This document shows positions 1 to 12,299 of a DNA stretch of 64,000 nt, piece by piece (the first letter of the stretch is position 1; each line of letters begins with the position of its first letter). The notes under the pieces were generated by a model that had not been told where the DNA came from, searched no databases, and saw only the letters and a program-made list of their open reading frames with translations. Both the position numbers and the translations under genes were made by a program. Source of the stretch: Octopus bimaculoides (Eukaryota); contig NC_068994.1 in NCBI RefSeq assembly GCF_001194135.2, positions 17,786,766 to 17,850,765 of the forward strand, written 5' to 3'.

Positions 1-557
1 AAAAAATCCAAGTCATTTAAGAATTACAATTGTAACAAGTGCCGTAGAGTGAAGTTCAGGCAACCCAAGTCTAAAATCATTTCATTCATGTCTCATGCAC
101 TTACAAAAAGCATGGACATCAAAATATATTTTTCCAATCTACTGCAAAATTGAAGCCTTGTGCCTATGTAAGAGACCAAAATTGAATTGGTAAGTTTATT
201 TTATGAACATCCCCTACTTTGCTATGATGAACAAAATATTTCATTATTTCAAGTACATATGTTTATTTCAAAATATTAAAAATTGAATTAACAGTATCCA
301 TTATAGCTAAGGAATTTATAAATAAATAAATTGGTAAAAGATGTCAACTATCAAATTCATTTGTTTTATTTTTTTTCTCAACCTATTTACAATTTTTTTC
401 CGTATCAGATATTTATCCTGTTTTGGTGATTACATCTGTAGTCAACTTTTGCTCAACAGCTATCAAAAGAGGTTGGCTATGAAAGTGAAGGAGGGAAAGT
501 TAAAGCTATCCTCACAAGTTTTTGGCCAGGTTGCTATAGAGTACATTAATAATTCCA

Positions 558-982
558 TCATTTTGGTCCAAGCATATTTTCGGGTCGAACTATTTCATCA
601 AATTGTTCTTCCTTCAAAAAATTTAATTTTAGCGCTGCCTCTTTTAATGTAGTACCTTCTTGGTGAGCTAGTTTGGCTATTTTTGCTGCTCTGTCATAAC
701 CAATGTGGGGATTTAGGGCAGTGACTAGCATAAGGGATTCATTAAGATTGGATTGCAAGCGTTTCCTGTTTGGTTGGATATCTTTAACACAATGGTCAGT
801 AAAAGAAATGCATGCATCTCCAATGAGTCTAATTGATTGTAGAACATTACGTGCAATGAGAGGTTTGAAGACATTCAGTTCAAAATGGCCGTTTGAGCCA
901 CCAACAGTAACTGCAACCTGGTTACCCATAACTTGGGCAGCCACCATTGTGATGGCTTCACACTGCGTAGGGTTAATTTTAC
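558..982 (-). CDS. FH: Fumarate hydratase, last coding exon (exon 9 in my numbering): (G)KINPTQCEA...ENMLGPK*
   Basis: Translation matches the class II fumarase C-terminus. Acceptor ttttcAG ends at 983, phase 1 (G+GT = Gly); TGA stop at 560-558. Confidence 0.97.
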
Positions 983-1639
983 CTGAAAATAGAAAACACA
1001 GCATCAATAGGTGGGTACATGGTGGTGGTGGTGTGCTTAAAAAGTTTGCTTTGTTTTGCTACAACTTCGTTTTGGGTTCAATCCCACTGCATGGCACCTT
1101 GAGCAAGTGTTACCTACATAGCTCCAGGTGTATGTCCATAAAGAAAAGTTTACTAACTCAGTGATTCAAAATGCAAAGATGTGGAATAAAATTCCTTACT
1201 TGAAGAAGGAAATGTTGGCATCAGGAACAACATTTGGCCATAGAATACTGCCTCAAGCCCATCCAACCTATGCAGCATGAAAGAAAAGTGAATGTAAAAA
1301 CAACAATGATGACTATTTTTACATATTCTTCCATGCCTGCAGGTTTTTGACAGCTTTTCAAAACAGCATTTTAACACTTGTGTCCCCTTTTAAGGTTTAA
1401 TTATCTTGCAACTCCCTTTTCACCACTTTTCCCCATATCTTTTCCTTCTACAGCAGTAGTTCTTAACCTTGGGGTTTGGGGGTGTCACGGAAGGTTTGGA
1501 AGAAAGTAATTTATTTCATGTAATTACAGTATTGCATTGTAGTTGCTAGTGGTATCATGACTATGTGCTTTGCTCCTGCTCTGTAACTCCCATGGCACTT
1601 TGTGTTCCAAGACCATTACAAAATTTATTATGAGAGGCT

Positions 1640-2620
1640 TGGCAGGGTAAGACGATGAAAAAGGTTAAGTACCACTGTTCTACAGGATCCCCCATATGTA
1701 TCACATACCACCATAGTCTTCTCTCTTGCACATCACATCTTAATCCTCTTATATCCAATTTTTTTTAAAGCTTATTTGTGCTCCATTGTTCATTCACACT
1801 AACGTTACACATGCAATGGATGTGTCAAGTTTGTCTCATTTCTTTACAGCCTTCACACATACTCCAAATTGAATGCCTATGTTTTACTACCATGCAACAT
1901 CACACAAGCATCATACAATTTGCTTTGGAAAGAGAATCCCTTTGTTGCCAGTAGAGGTAATAACTCCCTGAATTTTTTGTTACCCGATTCTTTCTCTGGC
2001 CCTATGCTTTTGGAACACCCTCCTCTGTTACTAATTAGGTCCCCTACGTAACAGAAGCTACCAACTAAACTTCAAAGCAACCTTTTAAACATTTGAAAGG
2101 AGTTATTTCATTGGTTCTCTAACTGCTAACCATTATTGTGCATTTGCTACAAAGTTTTTCTCTTTCAGCTTGCCTGTGATTCCACTGCACCCATAGTTTA
2201 CAGTGGGTATGCTATATATGGAATCCCTATCAACTTTTCAGCATTTTGCATTTTATATTTCCATTATAAATCTTCAACTATGAAAACTAGGCAGAGGAGT
2301 TCTCAAACTTTTCTGTTATAGTCTGGAGAACTATACTAAACAAGGTCCAAGAGTTGAGAAACACCTACCTGCATGCTAATCTCCTCACTAAACCAATTAC
2401 TAAATCTCACCATGTCAACAGCATTTCTGTACATGGCTTTTCCTAGCCATCCATTTATTCTAGATATTTTTTGCAATCATCAGACCATACAGCATGGTAC
2501 TGTATTAAAGGCCTTCCCTAGGGTATTAAATGTTAAGCATAATGGCTTGCTCTATGCAATCAGTGATGCACAAAGCTGAACTACTCCTCATCCAAGCTAG
2601 TTTTCTTCCTAATCTAGAGT
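1640..2620 (-). mobile_element. Decayed RTE-clade LINE, RT and C-terminal region
   Basis: Broken frames give FCYVGDLIS..GGCS and LDIRGLRCDVQERRLWWY..VIHM, similar to the RTE ORF at 25471-25800. Confidence 0.65.
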
Positions 2621-3368
2621 ATCACCACTGTCTTTGTAGCATTCGATGCAGCAACAATTATTGGGTGTAACACCACATACTACTGAAATGATGTTGTGAG
2701 CTTTCCTTGGTGGTTTATTTGCACGTTCAACCTTATACTAACCAATCATAATGATTAAATTGGCATAAGCAGACCTAGTTGAAAAGGTTGGCATGTCATA
2801 TAATTTTTGAAAGTTACTAAACCTATCTAGTTCAAGGTTGGTACTGCATGTGGTTTTGTTCATTGTTTGTTAGTTTGCAGTGCAGTTCAATTTTGTGCCA
2901 TATATATTTATTTCACTTGTTTTACTTTACTGAAACCAGAATAGACAATCAGCTCTATAGACCTTTGTGACGTGGGAGAAATTGGATAGTGAGCTATAGG
3001 GTAAGATACTGTCCTAGTCTGTCATCAAAATCTAACTTGCTCAATTTAGTACTTAATTTCACTTGTTCTATTCTTAGAATATAACTAGGACACCAACAAA
3101 ATAGATCACAGCCCCAAAACTAAGATAATATTTAGGGTATAAAACATCAAAAACAATTCAGAATAACCCTCTTGAAACTTATTTTGCAGAACTATTAGTA
3201 TTCTTTGTGATATTTACTTATGTCCCTCTACATTTAAAGTTAAAATTCTACCAGGACTGATTTTTGTGTTTCAACCTTGCAAAACTTATGTACCATTCAT
3301 AGGAGGTGCATGGTTTAGTGGTTAAGGTGTTGGACTCTAGATTGTAAGATTGTGGTTTTGATTCCTGG

Positions 3369-3979
3369 ACTGGTCCTTTAAATGGTTCTAAGTACTTAGT
3401 GGTAGTTGACAGTTTCTCGAAATGGCCAGAAATTTGTAAGTGTAAAAAAACCAACCTCCTCGACTGTGATAATTTTTTTACACAATTTCTTTGCGAGATT
3501 TGGCATCCAAGATGAGATAGTGTCTGACAATGAAATGATATTTGTGTCTAGTGAATTAAAAAAATTTTGTGAAATGTTCGTGGTAGAACATATAACTACA
3601 GTGCCATAGACAGGCAGAATGCTTTGTTGATACCTTCAAAAGAGCCTTTAGAAAATCGAATAAGGAAGTCACGGATGAGGTAGCTCTACAATAATTTTAA
3701 AGAGTGTACTGTGTGACATCAAATCTGAATACATTTGCAGAGATGATGCTTGCAAGGAAAGTAAAATATGTCCTTGATAAATTGCTATCTGGCAAGAAAA
3801 GAAAAAGTGCCAGGGAAGACATAGCAAGATTCTTTAAAGTTGGTGAAAAGGTGTATATGAGGGTATACAAGAATGAAAAGCAGAGTTGGGAAGATGGCGT
3901 GATTACCAAATGCATAGGTAAAATGATGTATTGAGTAAAAAATAGAAAAGGTATACAAAAGAAACACAGGAACCAACTG

Positions 3980-4012
<33 letters not shown>

Positions 4013-4589
4013 TTTGTGGAGAGTGAGCCCAAGAAGTTGAAGGAACTGATGGAATGGTTGTACAATACATTCCAAGTACCAACACCACTACAGGTGATTG
4101 AACCCAGGTGTACAAGTGAGAGGAAAAGAAAACATACAGAGTTCTTGAGAATAGATGCCAATCATAAAAAATATTAAACAGTAGAGAAAAAAAAAAGACT
4201 CAAAAGGAGGAGGTAGGGGTGAATAAAAAATATTGTTAAATAAAATGATACTTCCTAAGAAAAACTTAAAAGGGGAGATGTAGGGAATTAGTAATAATGG
4301 TACACCCCTCTCATGTGATGAATGGAATAACCTAGTCACTGCAAGTAAAGAGAAGTATGTGAAGTACCAGCGTATGTAGTAGGCACTCAGAAATAGTCGT
4401 ATAAGTATACTGTATACTGAAGTGGGTATTATAGCAATTTAACATTTTAAGGATATAACAAAAACTATAATTGGGAACTTAAAACCATCAGTTGTTGGCA
4501 CCAGGCGTCATAATCCCTGTTAGCATAGAACCAGTCACAATCATATGAAAGCCTTGTTTAAAGCTACTATATAATAACTGCAATGAACA
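3369..4589 (+). mobile_element. Ty3/Gypsy 3' remnant in FH intron 8: integrase, polypurine tract and putative 3' LTR
   Basis: YLVVVDSFSKWPE...FARFGIQDEIVSDNE integrase core; FKVGEKVY..W..GVI C-terminal module. PPT AAAAGGGGAGA at 4268-4278 followed by TG at 4279. LTR end near 4589 is approximate; 31-nt poly(A) at 3980-4010. Confidence 0.85.
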
Positions 4590-4678
4590 ACTAGTGAGCT
4601 TGTGTCACCTAATAAAATCAACTCACAGAATTCAAAAAGATAAATCTAATATAAAAATTCAATATACATTTCACTCAC

Positions 4679-4882
4679 CTGGCATGATACTACTTCCAGG
4701 CTCATTTTCGGGAAGAATTAATTCTCCAAAACCACACCGAGGACCAGAAGCAAGGAAGCGTAGGTCATTACCAATTTTCATTAAACTGCATGCCACAACA
4801 TTTAAAGCTCCATGTACTTCCACAAGTGCATCATGAGCTGCAAGTGCTTCAAATTTATTAGGAGCAGATTGGAAAGGAAGCC
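4679..4882 (-). CDS. FH: FH exon 8: (G)[67 protein letters not shown](G)
   Basis: Carries the fumarate lyase signature GSSIMPGKxNP, split by the next intron. Acceptor ttttAG, donor GTGAGT, 204 bp, phase 1/1. Confidence 0.97.
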
Positions 4883-5392
4883 CTAAAAGGATAATATAAA
4901 GAGAGAACCTGTAACACACAGAGTTGTTGTGAAAGGAAAAGTTAAGAGTACAGTACATTTAAATAAAGAATATTTAGCAAATTTCTTTTTATCAATACAT
5001 GTCATTCTTTACACATTTATTTTCTATCTAAATAGTGAAAATGTTTGTGTTGTAACACCTGTCATTTCTACAACAAAATTGTAGCAACATGTAAACAAAA
5101 AGAATGTTTTCGTACTGGGAGATTTTGTTTTAACACAAACCACTGCCTGTGTATCCTGATCGGCTTGGAATCACTGACAAATATCGAAAAGCACACTAGT
5201 AGATTCATACAAAATTGTCCTTTCAAATATTGCCTAAATGTAACACTTGGTTGAAATCTCCAGTTGAGAAGCTTATATCTTACTTGAGACAGTCAATACA
5301 TTTCTAAAAATTACAATGCTCACAAAATTGAAAATATATTTTAGTAGACAAATTTCATGAAAACAAATGGAAAATAAGGAATCAAACTTTAC

Positions 5393-5473
5393 CTGTAATT
5401 TCAGCAATGTTAGAAGAAATTTTTTCTGCAAATCCAATTCTTGTGTTTATTCCAGTACCAACGGCTGTGCCAC
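5393..5473 (-). CDS. FH: FH exon 7: (G)[26 protein letters not shown](G)
   Basis: Not in the ORF track; translated by hand. Conserved GGTAVGTG motif, acceptor aacaAG, donor GTAAAG, 81 bp, phase 1/1. Confidence 0.95.
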
Positions 5474-6091
5474 CTTGTTAAAATAATAAATTGCAGGTTA
5501 AAAAATGCTTATTGGATGAAATCAAAGCAAAGGTAGGTTAAGCTGTTACTTCTCCATATTCAGAAGTCACAGCTCCAGGACTTTGGACATGTTATTAGAA
5601 TGCAGCAGGAAAAAATCACAAGACAGATCATTCAAATTGAACCAACCAGCAGGAGACCTTGGGGTAGACCAAGAATGAAATGGTTGGATTATATTCATAG
5701 TCTCAGTTGGTCATACTTGGGAATCTAGCTGGAAAGTCTAATGATGATTGCTTCTGAGAGGACCCTATGGAGGAAGTGCCTGAAGACTACCCCAACAACT
5801 CTCCCAGGAATAGTGGACAGAGAAAATGGATCAATGTTTGCTTTAACCTCCAGTTCACATGAAGATAGATCTTTAAAAAAATCATTTGGAATATGCTAGA
5901 AATGGAAAAGACATACTAGAACATAAATGTGTGCAGTAACTTTTGTAGGATATTGATAATGTATGCAATGTATCATGTTAAGTAGAAGGTTGAAGAGCAA
6001 GAAGAAATCTCCAGTATCTGAATTACCTGTACTAACTTGGGGGAAAAATAGAGAAGCTTACTTAATTGAGATAAGCTACTCGTAAGTTTAG

Positions 6092-6311
6092 CCCTTTCGT
6101 TACTGTATTTATTTTGAGATGCTCTGTGTTTCTTTCAATTACTTTAAATATAACAAAGAATTTAGTAAAACAACTTAGTTATCATTCAGCTAGTGTTAGG
6201 AACATAAATTGTGACGAAAGTTTGGTGGAAAATTTTAATTGAAAACTTATGAAAACAAGACATTTGTATTCAGAACAAGAGCTAGTTTCAGCTGGGTTGG
6301 TAATGAAAGGG
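6092..6311 (-). mobile_element. piggyBac-type MITE, family 2
   Basis: CCCTTTC...GAAAGGG termini with TTAG (decayed TTAA) flanks; reverse complement of 45490-45712. Confidence 0.7.
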
Positions 6312-6399
6312 TTAGTCTGTAAGTAATTCTTGGTTGTACAGATTTCCCTTATATCACTAGTACCCTTCAGAAAAACAACAAATACTATCTTTGAGTATT

Positions 6400-8260
6400 T
6401 CACTTATGTAGGGTGAGCATTAGTTGCCTGGAGTCACTAAGAAGTTGATCTGGCTAGAAAGGCTAAATGGCTTGTCTCACTGCCACTGTATCTTTTGCAA
6501 AGGCACTTAACTTTCAATTTCTTTAGTGTGATACAGATAATAATTGAAAATGACGAAAACATTGAGTGTTTTCGTGAATTTAAATCACCTATGAACTGTC
6601 ATTGCTATCCATTTAGCACTGGCTGTTTCTAGATGCATGCACCATCACAAGAATCTGGTGAAATTATGATCAAATTATATTTAATGGCGTTTACATAATA
6701 CCCTGAGATTACTCTATCAATATCTTACATATTTCCCCATCCTTCATTGAACAACTTAATCCTAACTTTAGGAAAAAATGGTTGTGCCCATGAGAAAGCT
6801 TCTATCTTTATTTGATAAATCTGCTAAGAGTAGCAGCAAAGGTAAGTAAAATTGGAAATAAAAATATACCTATTGGCCTTCGTGCCGGTGACACGTAAAA
6901 GAACCCACTACACTCTCGGAGTGGTTGGTGTTAGGAAGGGCATCCAGCTGTAGAAACCCTGCCAAATCAGATTGGAGCCTGGTGTAGCCATTGGGTTTCA
7001 CCAGTCCTCAGTCAAATCATCCAACCCATGCTAGCATGGAAAGTAGATGTTAAACGATGATGATGATATTCTAATATCAGCATCAGTGTTGCTACTACTA
7101 ATAATAATTCTAATTATAATAACTATAGAATATAGTCCTAGATAAGTTGTGTTGGAACATAAGACAAGATGGTCACAGCAAAACTTCCTTCAATGATATG
7201 TATGCTTGATCAGAGCTGATCTGGATCTTAACCTTTTAATAAGTAGATAATTTTTTAAAACCCTTGTGACATAGGTAAATAATTTTTAGAAAATGTGTTC
7301 TAGTACTGCTCTATGGAGTGTGTTTTATGTATGAGTCACCATATTCAAAAATCAAACTGACAAATGCTCATAGTTTTTCAAGTGTCAACGGTTGCCAAAG
7401 AATTCTGGGATATTTTTGAAGTGGTCCTACATATCATATACAAGTGATTCCCAACATGGGGCATGAAATCCAAACTTTTTTACTTTTTCTTTTCTTATTT
7501 ATTTTTAATGGAACATGGAATTGTGAAAAATCTTTTTTTCACAGGTAACATATTACACTTATACTCAGCCTAGCCAAACCAATCCCTCCAGCCAAGCATA
7601 CTGTGTGAAGATTGTTTGCTACAGTATAGTGCTGTTCTAATGCCCTAGGGTGGATATTTCTTTAAGGAAAATACATAATTAGAAATATTTAAAATAAGGT
7701 TATTTTTTTTACTCACTACTAGTGGGGCATACATTTTTCTGGAAAGTTACAGCAGAGTGTTTTTGTGAAAATAGGTTGGGAAACGCTATATACAGCAGGT
7801 GAAATATATTTTTGGTTTCCTTCACAAGATAATCCCAAAGTAAAAACCCAGCACCAACAGAAGCCAAAAAGAATTATGAAAATAATCAACAGACGTAGTT
7901 TTAGTTAGTGTCTATCTAGGTCCACCATGGCTAACAAAATCATTTATAAGATGTGGGGTTTATCAGTTTTCAAGTCACATGTATCCAGCATCTGCATTGT
8001 CAGAAGTATCATCATCATGTAACTCCTTTCTACTACTAGATTCAGCTCTATTGTCTGCATACATACTCTCGTTATCTACATTACTTGCTCATGCATCATA
8101 TTTGCTATCTGAATCTTAAACATAGAACAAATTAAGATCATTTCCATTACCTAGGCTGTCATTGTTACTGTCCGACTCCTTGGAGATATCAAACATTTTC
8201 CTCTACACTGATTGAAGACCTCCTTTTAGCAAACAAACAATATGAACCACTGAGTACTAT
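6400..8260 (-). mobile_element. Possible highly decayed piggyBac-like transposase
   Basis: Minus strand at ~8200-7880 gives an acidic N-terminus-like stretch then GGP...TSVDYFHNSF, like the PGBD N-terminal motif. The rest is too degraded to align. Confidence 0.3.
6879..7067 (+). mobile_element. RTE LINE 3' tail with (GAT)n end
   Basis: Family sequence cacccactacactctcggagtggttgg...ccaacccatgctagcatggaaag..gttaaacgatgatgat; about ten copies in the window. Confidence 0.8.
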
Positions 8261-8655
8261 CATGTTGCTTTTGAGCATTTAAAGCTATAAATTATATAAC
8301 ATAATGATGTGAAAATCACTGGAATTCTATAGGAATGCATGGCTGCTTCAACAAATTAACATGCAATATTTGGTGGTGCCCCAGCATGGCCACAGTCAAA
8401 TTACTGAAACAAGTAAAAAGAAAAAAAAAATCAACCAGTAGGAGAATGCTTGACAATGAGCTATGAAAAAATGACCAAAATGTCCCTCTGTGTACCATTG
8501 GTGAATGAAATGTTCTACCTGCAAGAGAGTTAACAACAGAAAGAAGATACAAACTACTAAATGTTCAGTTATTACTGAATGATGATATTAATAAAAAATT
8601 TTTTTTTAAAGAGACTAACTTGAGCTATTGGAATTTATAAAGATATCTAACAAAC

Positions 8656-8767
8656 CTATGGCTAGCTGATATAATCTTGGCATAGTTGATTTGATGCGTT
8701 CAATTCCATTAGCTAACTGGGCTACATATCCACTAAACTCTTGTCCAAGTGTTAAGGGCACTGCATC
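8656..8767 (-). CDS. FH: FH exon 6: [37 protein letters not shown](G)
   Basis: Not in the ORF track; translated by hand. Conserved [14 protein letters not shown], acceptor ttttgcAG, donor GTTTGT, 112 bp, phase 0/1. Confidence 0.95.
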
Positions 8768-8967
8768 CTGCAAAATAGCATTTGAACAATAAAAACATCA
8801 TCATACAGCAAAATGTGTGTGTGTGTGTGCCTTCCTCCCTTTGATAAGGAGGGAGGAAAATAGGTGTAAAACAGTAAAGAAAGAAAAGATGTGTGAAAAT
8901 ACAAAAATGCTCAGCTCAAAATTAGTTGCAGTGAAATAGAGTGTGTGTATCAGCTTTATGTTTGGGG

Positions 8968-10085
8968 ATCCTTTCTGTTTGGCTTTCACTTTTCAATTCT
9001 TTTAATTTTGTTCCAATTGATTTCAAATTTTGTGTATTGATGTAGTTTTGTATGTTAATTATGGAAATGACATTTGTTTTTGCCATAAATTAATAAATAA
9101 AAAGTTAATAGATTTTTAAAGTGTGCAAATTTTGGGTAATTTTAGCCAATCGTAAGCCACAGACACATTGGTGCCTGTTTCCATAATAACAAGCCAAGAT
9201 GTTGTCTGCTTAAAGCTACTGTATCTATATTCTGAACTTTCATTTTTGAATTTTCACTACAAAAAAAGAGGATTGTTTTTTTCAAATTTGGTATATTGAT
9301 GTAATTTTTCATGCTGAATCCGATTTTGTTAATCATTTGTCGCAGAAAACTTTTTTTAGAAAAATGTTACCAATTGATTAACCCCAGATCATCCACTGGT
9401 CAAACTGACTCTAAACTCCAACCCTAAATCCTAACTCTAGTCCTAGAGTATCTCAAACTTTCGCTGTTAAATGTTTGCATGAACTAAGCTACAGTAGTGT
9501 AATGTGCAGTTTGTTTTTTAATTTTTTTGAAAAAAAAATTCATTGATCATTTTCCCTTTTTATATTTCCTGTTCCAACATTTTACTTGACTTTATTTAAA
9601 CTTATCAAAACTTCAAAACATATTACAACTTTCGTCATTGTAATTTATTGCTTCCCTGGCCGTTGCCAGTACTGTGGCATGTAAAACACCCACTACACTC
9701 TCAGAGTGGTTGGCATTAGGAAGAGCATCCAGCTGTAGAAACACTGCCAGATCAGATTAGAGCCTGGTGCAGCCATCCGGTTCACCAGTCCTCAGTCAAA
9801 TCGTCCAACCCATGCTAGCATGGAAAGTGGACGTTAAACGATGATGATGATGATTTTGTTTAATAAAAGTTATCTTGCAGAAAATGACTGCTTCTAAATG
9901 CTATTTTCTGATTGGGTAAAAATAATCAAACTTTAAACTGCTGTAACTTTTTTCAAAAATTTTTTCTGGAACAAGTGAATAACAACATCAGATTCAGTGT
10001 GAAAAAGTACATCAATGTACTAAATTAAAATTTTTTTTATTTAATTTTAAAATTTGAAAAAGTGAAAGCCAAATAGAAAAGAGTC
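8968..10085. mobile_element. Old DNA element with long imperfect terminal inverted repeats, containing telomere-like repeats and an RTE tail insertion
   Basis: 8968-9050 (ttggctttcacttttc...attgatgta) is the reverse complement of 10005-10085. Degenerate TAACCC-like units at ~9405-9445; RTE tail at 9660-9853. Confidence 0.45.
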
Positions 10086-10668
10086 ATGCTAAGGTGTTAG
10101 AGAATGAGAGAAGTGGCTGGAGCAGGGCAAGTTTCATGCTACAGAGGGGCTACATGGCACTCACATTTTGGAAGAGAGGTTGGGGGTGATCAGGTGGAGC
10201 TGGGAAGAGATAAAAAAAGCAGTGATAAGGTGTCTTTGTGGACCCTCAAAGTACAAAATGACTAAAAGTGAATGGGACAAAAGAACTGGAAGTATGGATG
10301 GGTAAAGGATGCATGAATGTTTGGGAGAATCAGAGATAGGGAATGGGTGAAGTGGTGACTATAATAAACAACAAATGTTGAGTGGATAAGTAGGAAAGGT
10401 GGAGAAGAGTAGGCTAGGGTTGAAAGGTGAATAAAAATGTGGAGTGATAAGTTCCAGAACAGATACAGGAGATATAGTAGACAGAGGAAGGATGAGAGAG
10501 AGATGATGAGTGGTTGGGTAGGTTGTGAGAGTGTGGGGCAGAAAGGGGCAGGTGTAACACATAGGGAGAGTGAGAAACATATAGTGGTAGAGAGGATGTG
10601 AGAATGGAGGACAGTATTAAGGATGAGGAACATATATCAAGGGAAACATTTCAGGGTAGTGGTATTAA

Positions 10669-11536
10669 CCCTTTCGTGTTCGGACAGGCCGAAAATAATT
10701 TCCCTTTATCTGTTTGAACCAGCTAAATCCCGCTGTATCTGATTCCTCTACAAAATCACTAAAAAATTAAACAAATCATGTTATTGAATTCTCGTTGTTT
10801 TGAGATAATGTGAGATAAAGCCTTTACCACCTTTATTCAAGTAAAAATACCCTGAAATTTTTGAGACTTCTTGATTTTTTTCAACATTTGAAGAGAAGTG
10901 TATATCTTAATTTTCAACGATATGGCATCAGCAAGTAGCAATTCTGACTTTGAAGGTTTTACTCTTAATGATGTACAAAATATAAATGCAAACAACTGTG
11001 ATTTGTCTTTGGACAAATCTGATATTGATATTTATGAATCTTCATTGGACGAGGAAAATTTTGATAATAAAAGTGATGAAAATTATATTGAAAACATTAC
11101 AGCAACATTATTGAAGATTATCACATCAACCACAGTTCCTGATTTCACAGAAAAGACTAGACCACAACACACTCTACCTCCCAATGTTCAACCATTGGAC
11201 TATTTATTTTTACTGAAGTTTTTTTTTTTTAACTACTGGAATCTTGATGTAAGGTATGGTGATCCATATATCTCCAGCATTATGCCTAACTATAGTCGAT
11301 TCATATACTGTTTATGTAAAAAGCCACCAAAAGACTACGACCATTTAAAATTTTGGGTTGACATCGCATCTCAGTTACGTGAGGGCTTTTCTTCCAGAAA
11401 ATACAGAACTGGGAGAAAAGCAAGATTAACTGAGGTGAACGTTAACAGAGAAAATATTGACTTCCATAAAGTGGAAAAAATAAATGGAATGAAAAAATTT
11501 TGTAGACTGTGTTTGCAAAACTGCAAAAAGATATAA
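10669..11536 (+). mobile_element. Internally deleted piggyBac element: left end plus truncated transposase ORF (ATG 10922)
   Basis: TTAA|CCCTTTCG left end. Acidic N-terminus and F.....P...LP....PLDY motif join directly to the C-terminal DHLKF.VDIASQL and CRLC segment. No DDD catalytic core. Confidence 0.75.
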
Positions 11537-11599
11537 GGTCAAGAACTCATAGTGCTTTCTGTGGTCCGACTCCATATTAAAATTTGTTTGAAATTTTAA

Positions 11600-11628
11600 G
11601 GTGTTTCCATTATTTTATCCAACCCCTG
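11600..11628 (-). mobile_element. Tc1-like terminal inverted repeat at a TA site next to an assembly gap
   Basis: Reverse complement reads TA|CAGGGGTTGGATAAAATAATGGAAACACC, a typical Tc1 terminus. Confidence 0.6.
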
Positions 11629-11784
11629 TATATNNNNNNNNNNNNNNNNNNNNNNNNNNNNNNNNNNNNNNNNNNNNNNNNNNNNNNNNNNNNNNNNNNN
11701 NNNNNNNNNNNNNNNNNNNNNNNNNNNNNNNNNNNNNNNNNNNNNNNNNNNNNNNNNNNNNNNNNNNNNNNNNNNNNNNNNNNN

Positions 11785-11816
<32 letters not shown>

Positions 11817-12072
11817 GTGTAATTGTCAAATATCACAAAACTTGCTAAACAATATCTGGACTTAAAAGACATATGCTAGTTCATAAAAACATTCCTTCAG
11901 ATTCAGATTCTAAAGGGCAAAGATGAATAATATCTGTCACTTGTGTCTTAAACCCTGTCAGTCAGGAGCTAGTCTTAAAAGCCATCTGAGGGCTCATCAA
12001 CAGAGGGATTGTGTTGTGCTGATGGGAAGGCTATCATCTGTCAAGATGAAGCAATCATCATATATATATATA

Positions 12073-12243
12073 TGATAGATCGCTGACCACTACACATATT
12101 TTTTTTCTCTCCTTGTTTCTTTCTGTTGAAGAGCGTAAGCTCGAAACATTAAAGACTTTCTCTATTCCTGAGCGTTATACTAATACATCCATTTGTTGTT
12201 TACACCACCTGTCTTCGTCTGTTGTTTTTTCGTGAATTCTCCT
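12073..12243 (+). mobile_element. Penelope-like pseudo-LTR fragment in a (TA)n tract, with a minimal type I hammerhead-like motif (12118-12155)
   Basis: TCTTT-CTGTTGAA-GAGC GTAA GCTC-GAAA-CATT-AAAGA: helix I, variant core, 4-bp helix II, very short helix III. Confidence 0.55.
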
Positions 12244-12299
12244 ATATATATATAACAGAGTATTGTAGTTTGCTTGAAGCATTGTGTATTGTTTGTAAA

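Noticed and set aside
341-1164. Plus-strand ORFs 341-652 and 703-1164
   Set aside because: Antisense shadows of the FH last exon; the second runs into a SINE head.
3301-3368. tRNA-like sequence (also at ~1030-1110, 26770-26880, 47870-47945 and others)
   Set aside because: Decayed A/B boxes without a full cloverleaf; these are SINE heads, not tRNA genes.
10090-10660. Strongly purine-skewed segment with antisense hydrophobic ORFs
   Set aside because: Low-complexity and likely an old repeat; the ORFs reflect base composition, and no regular G-quadruplex pattern was seen.
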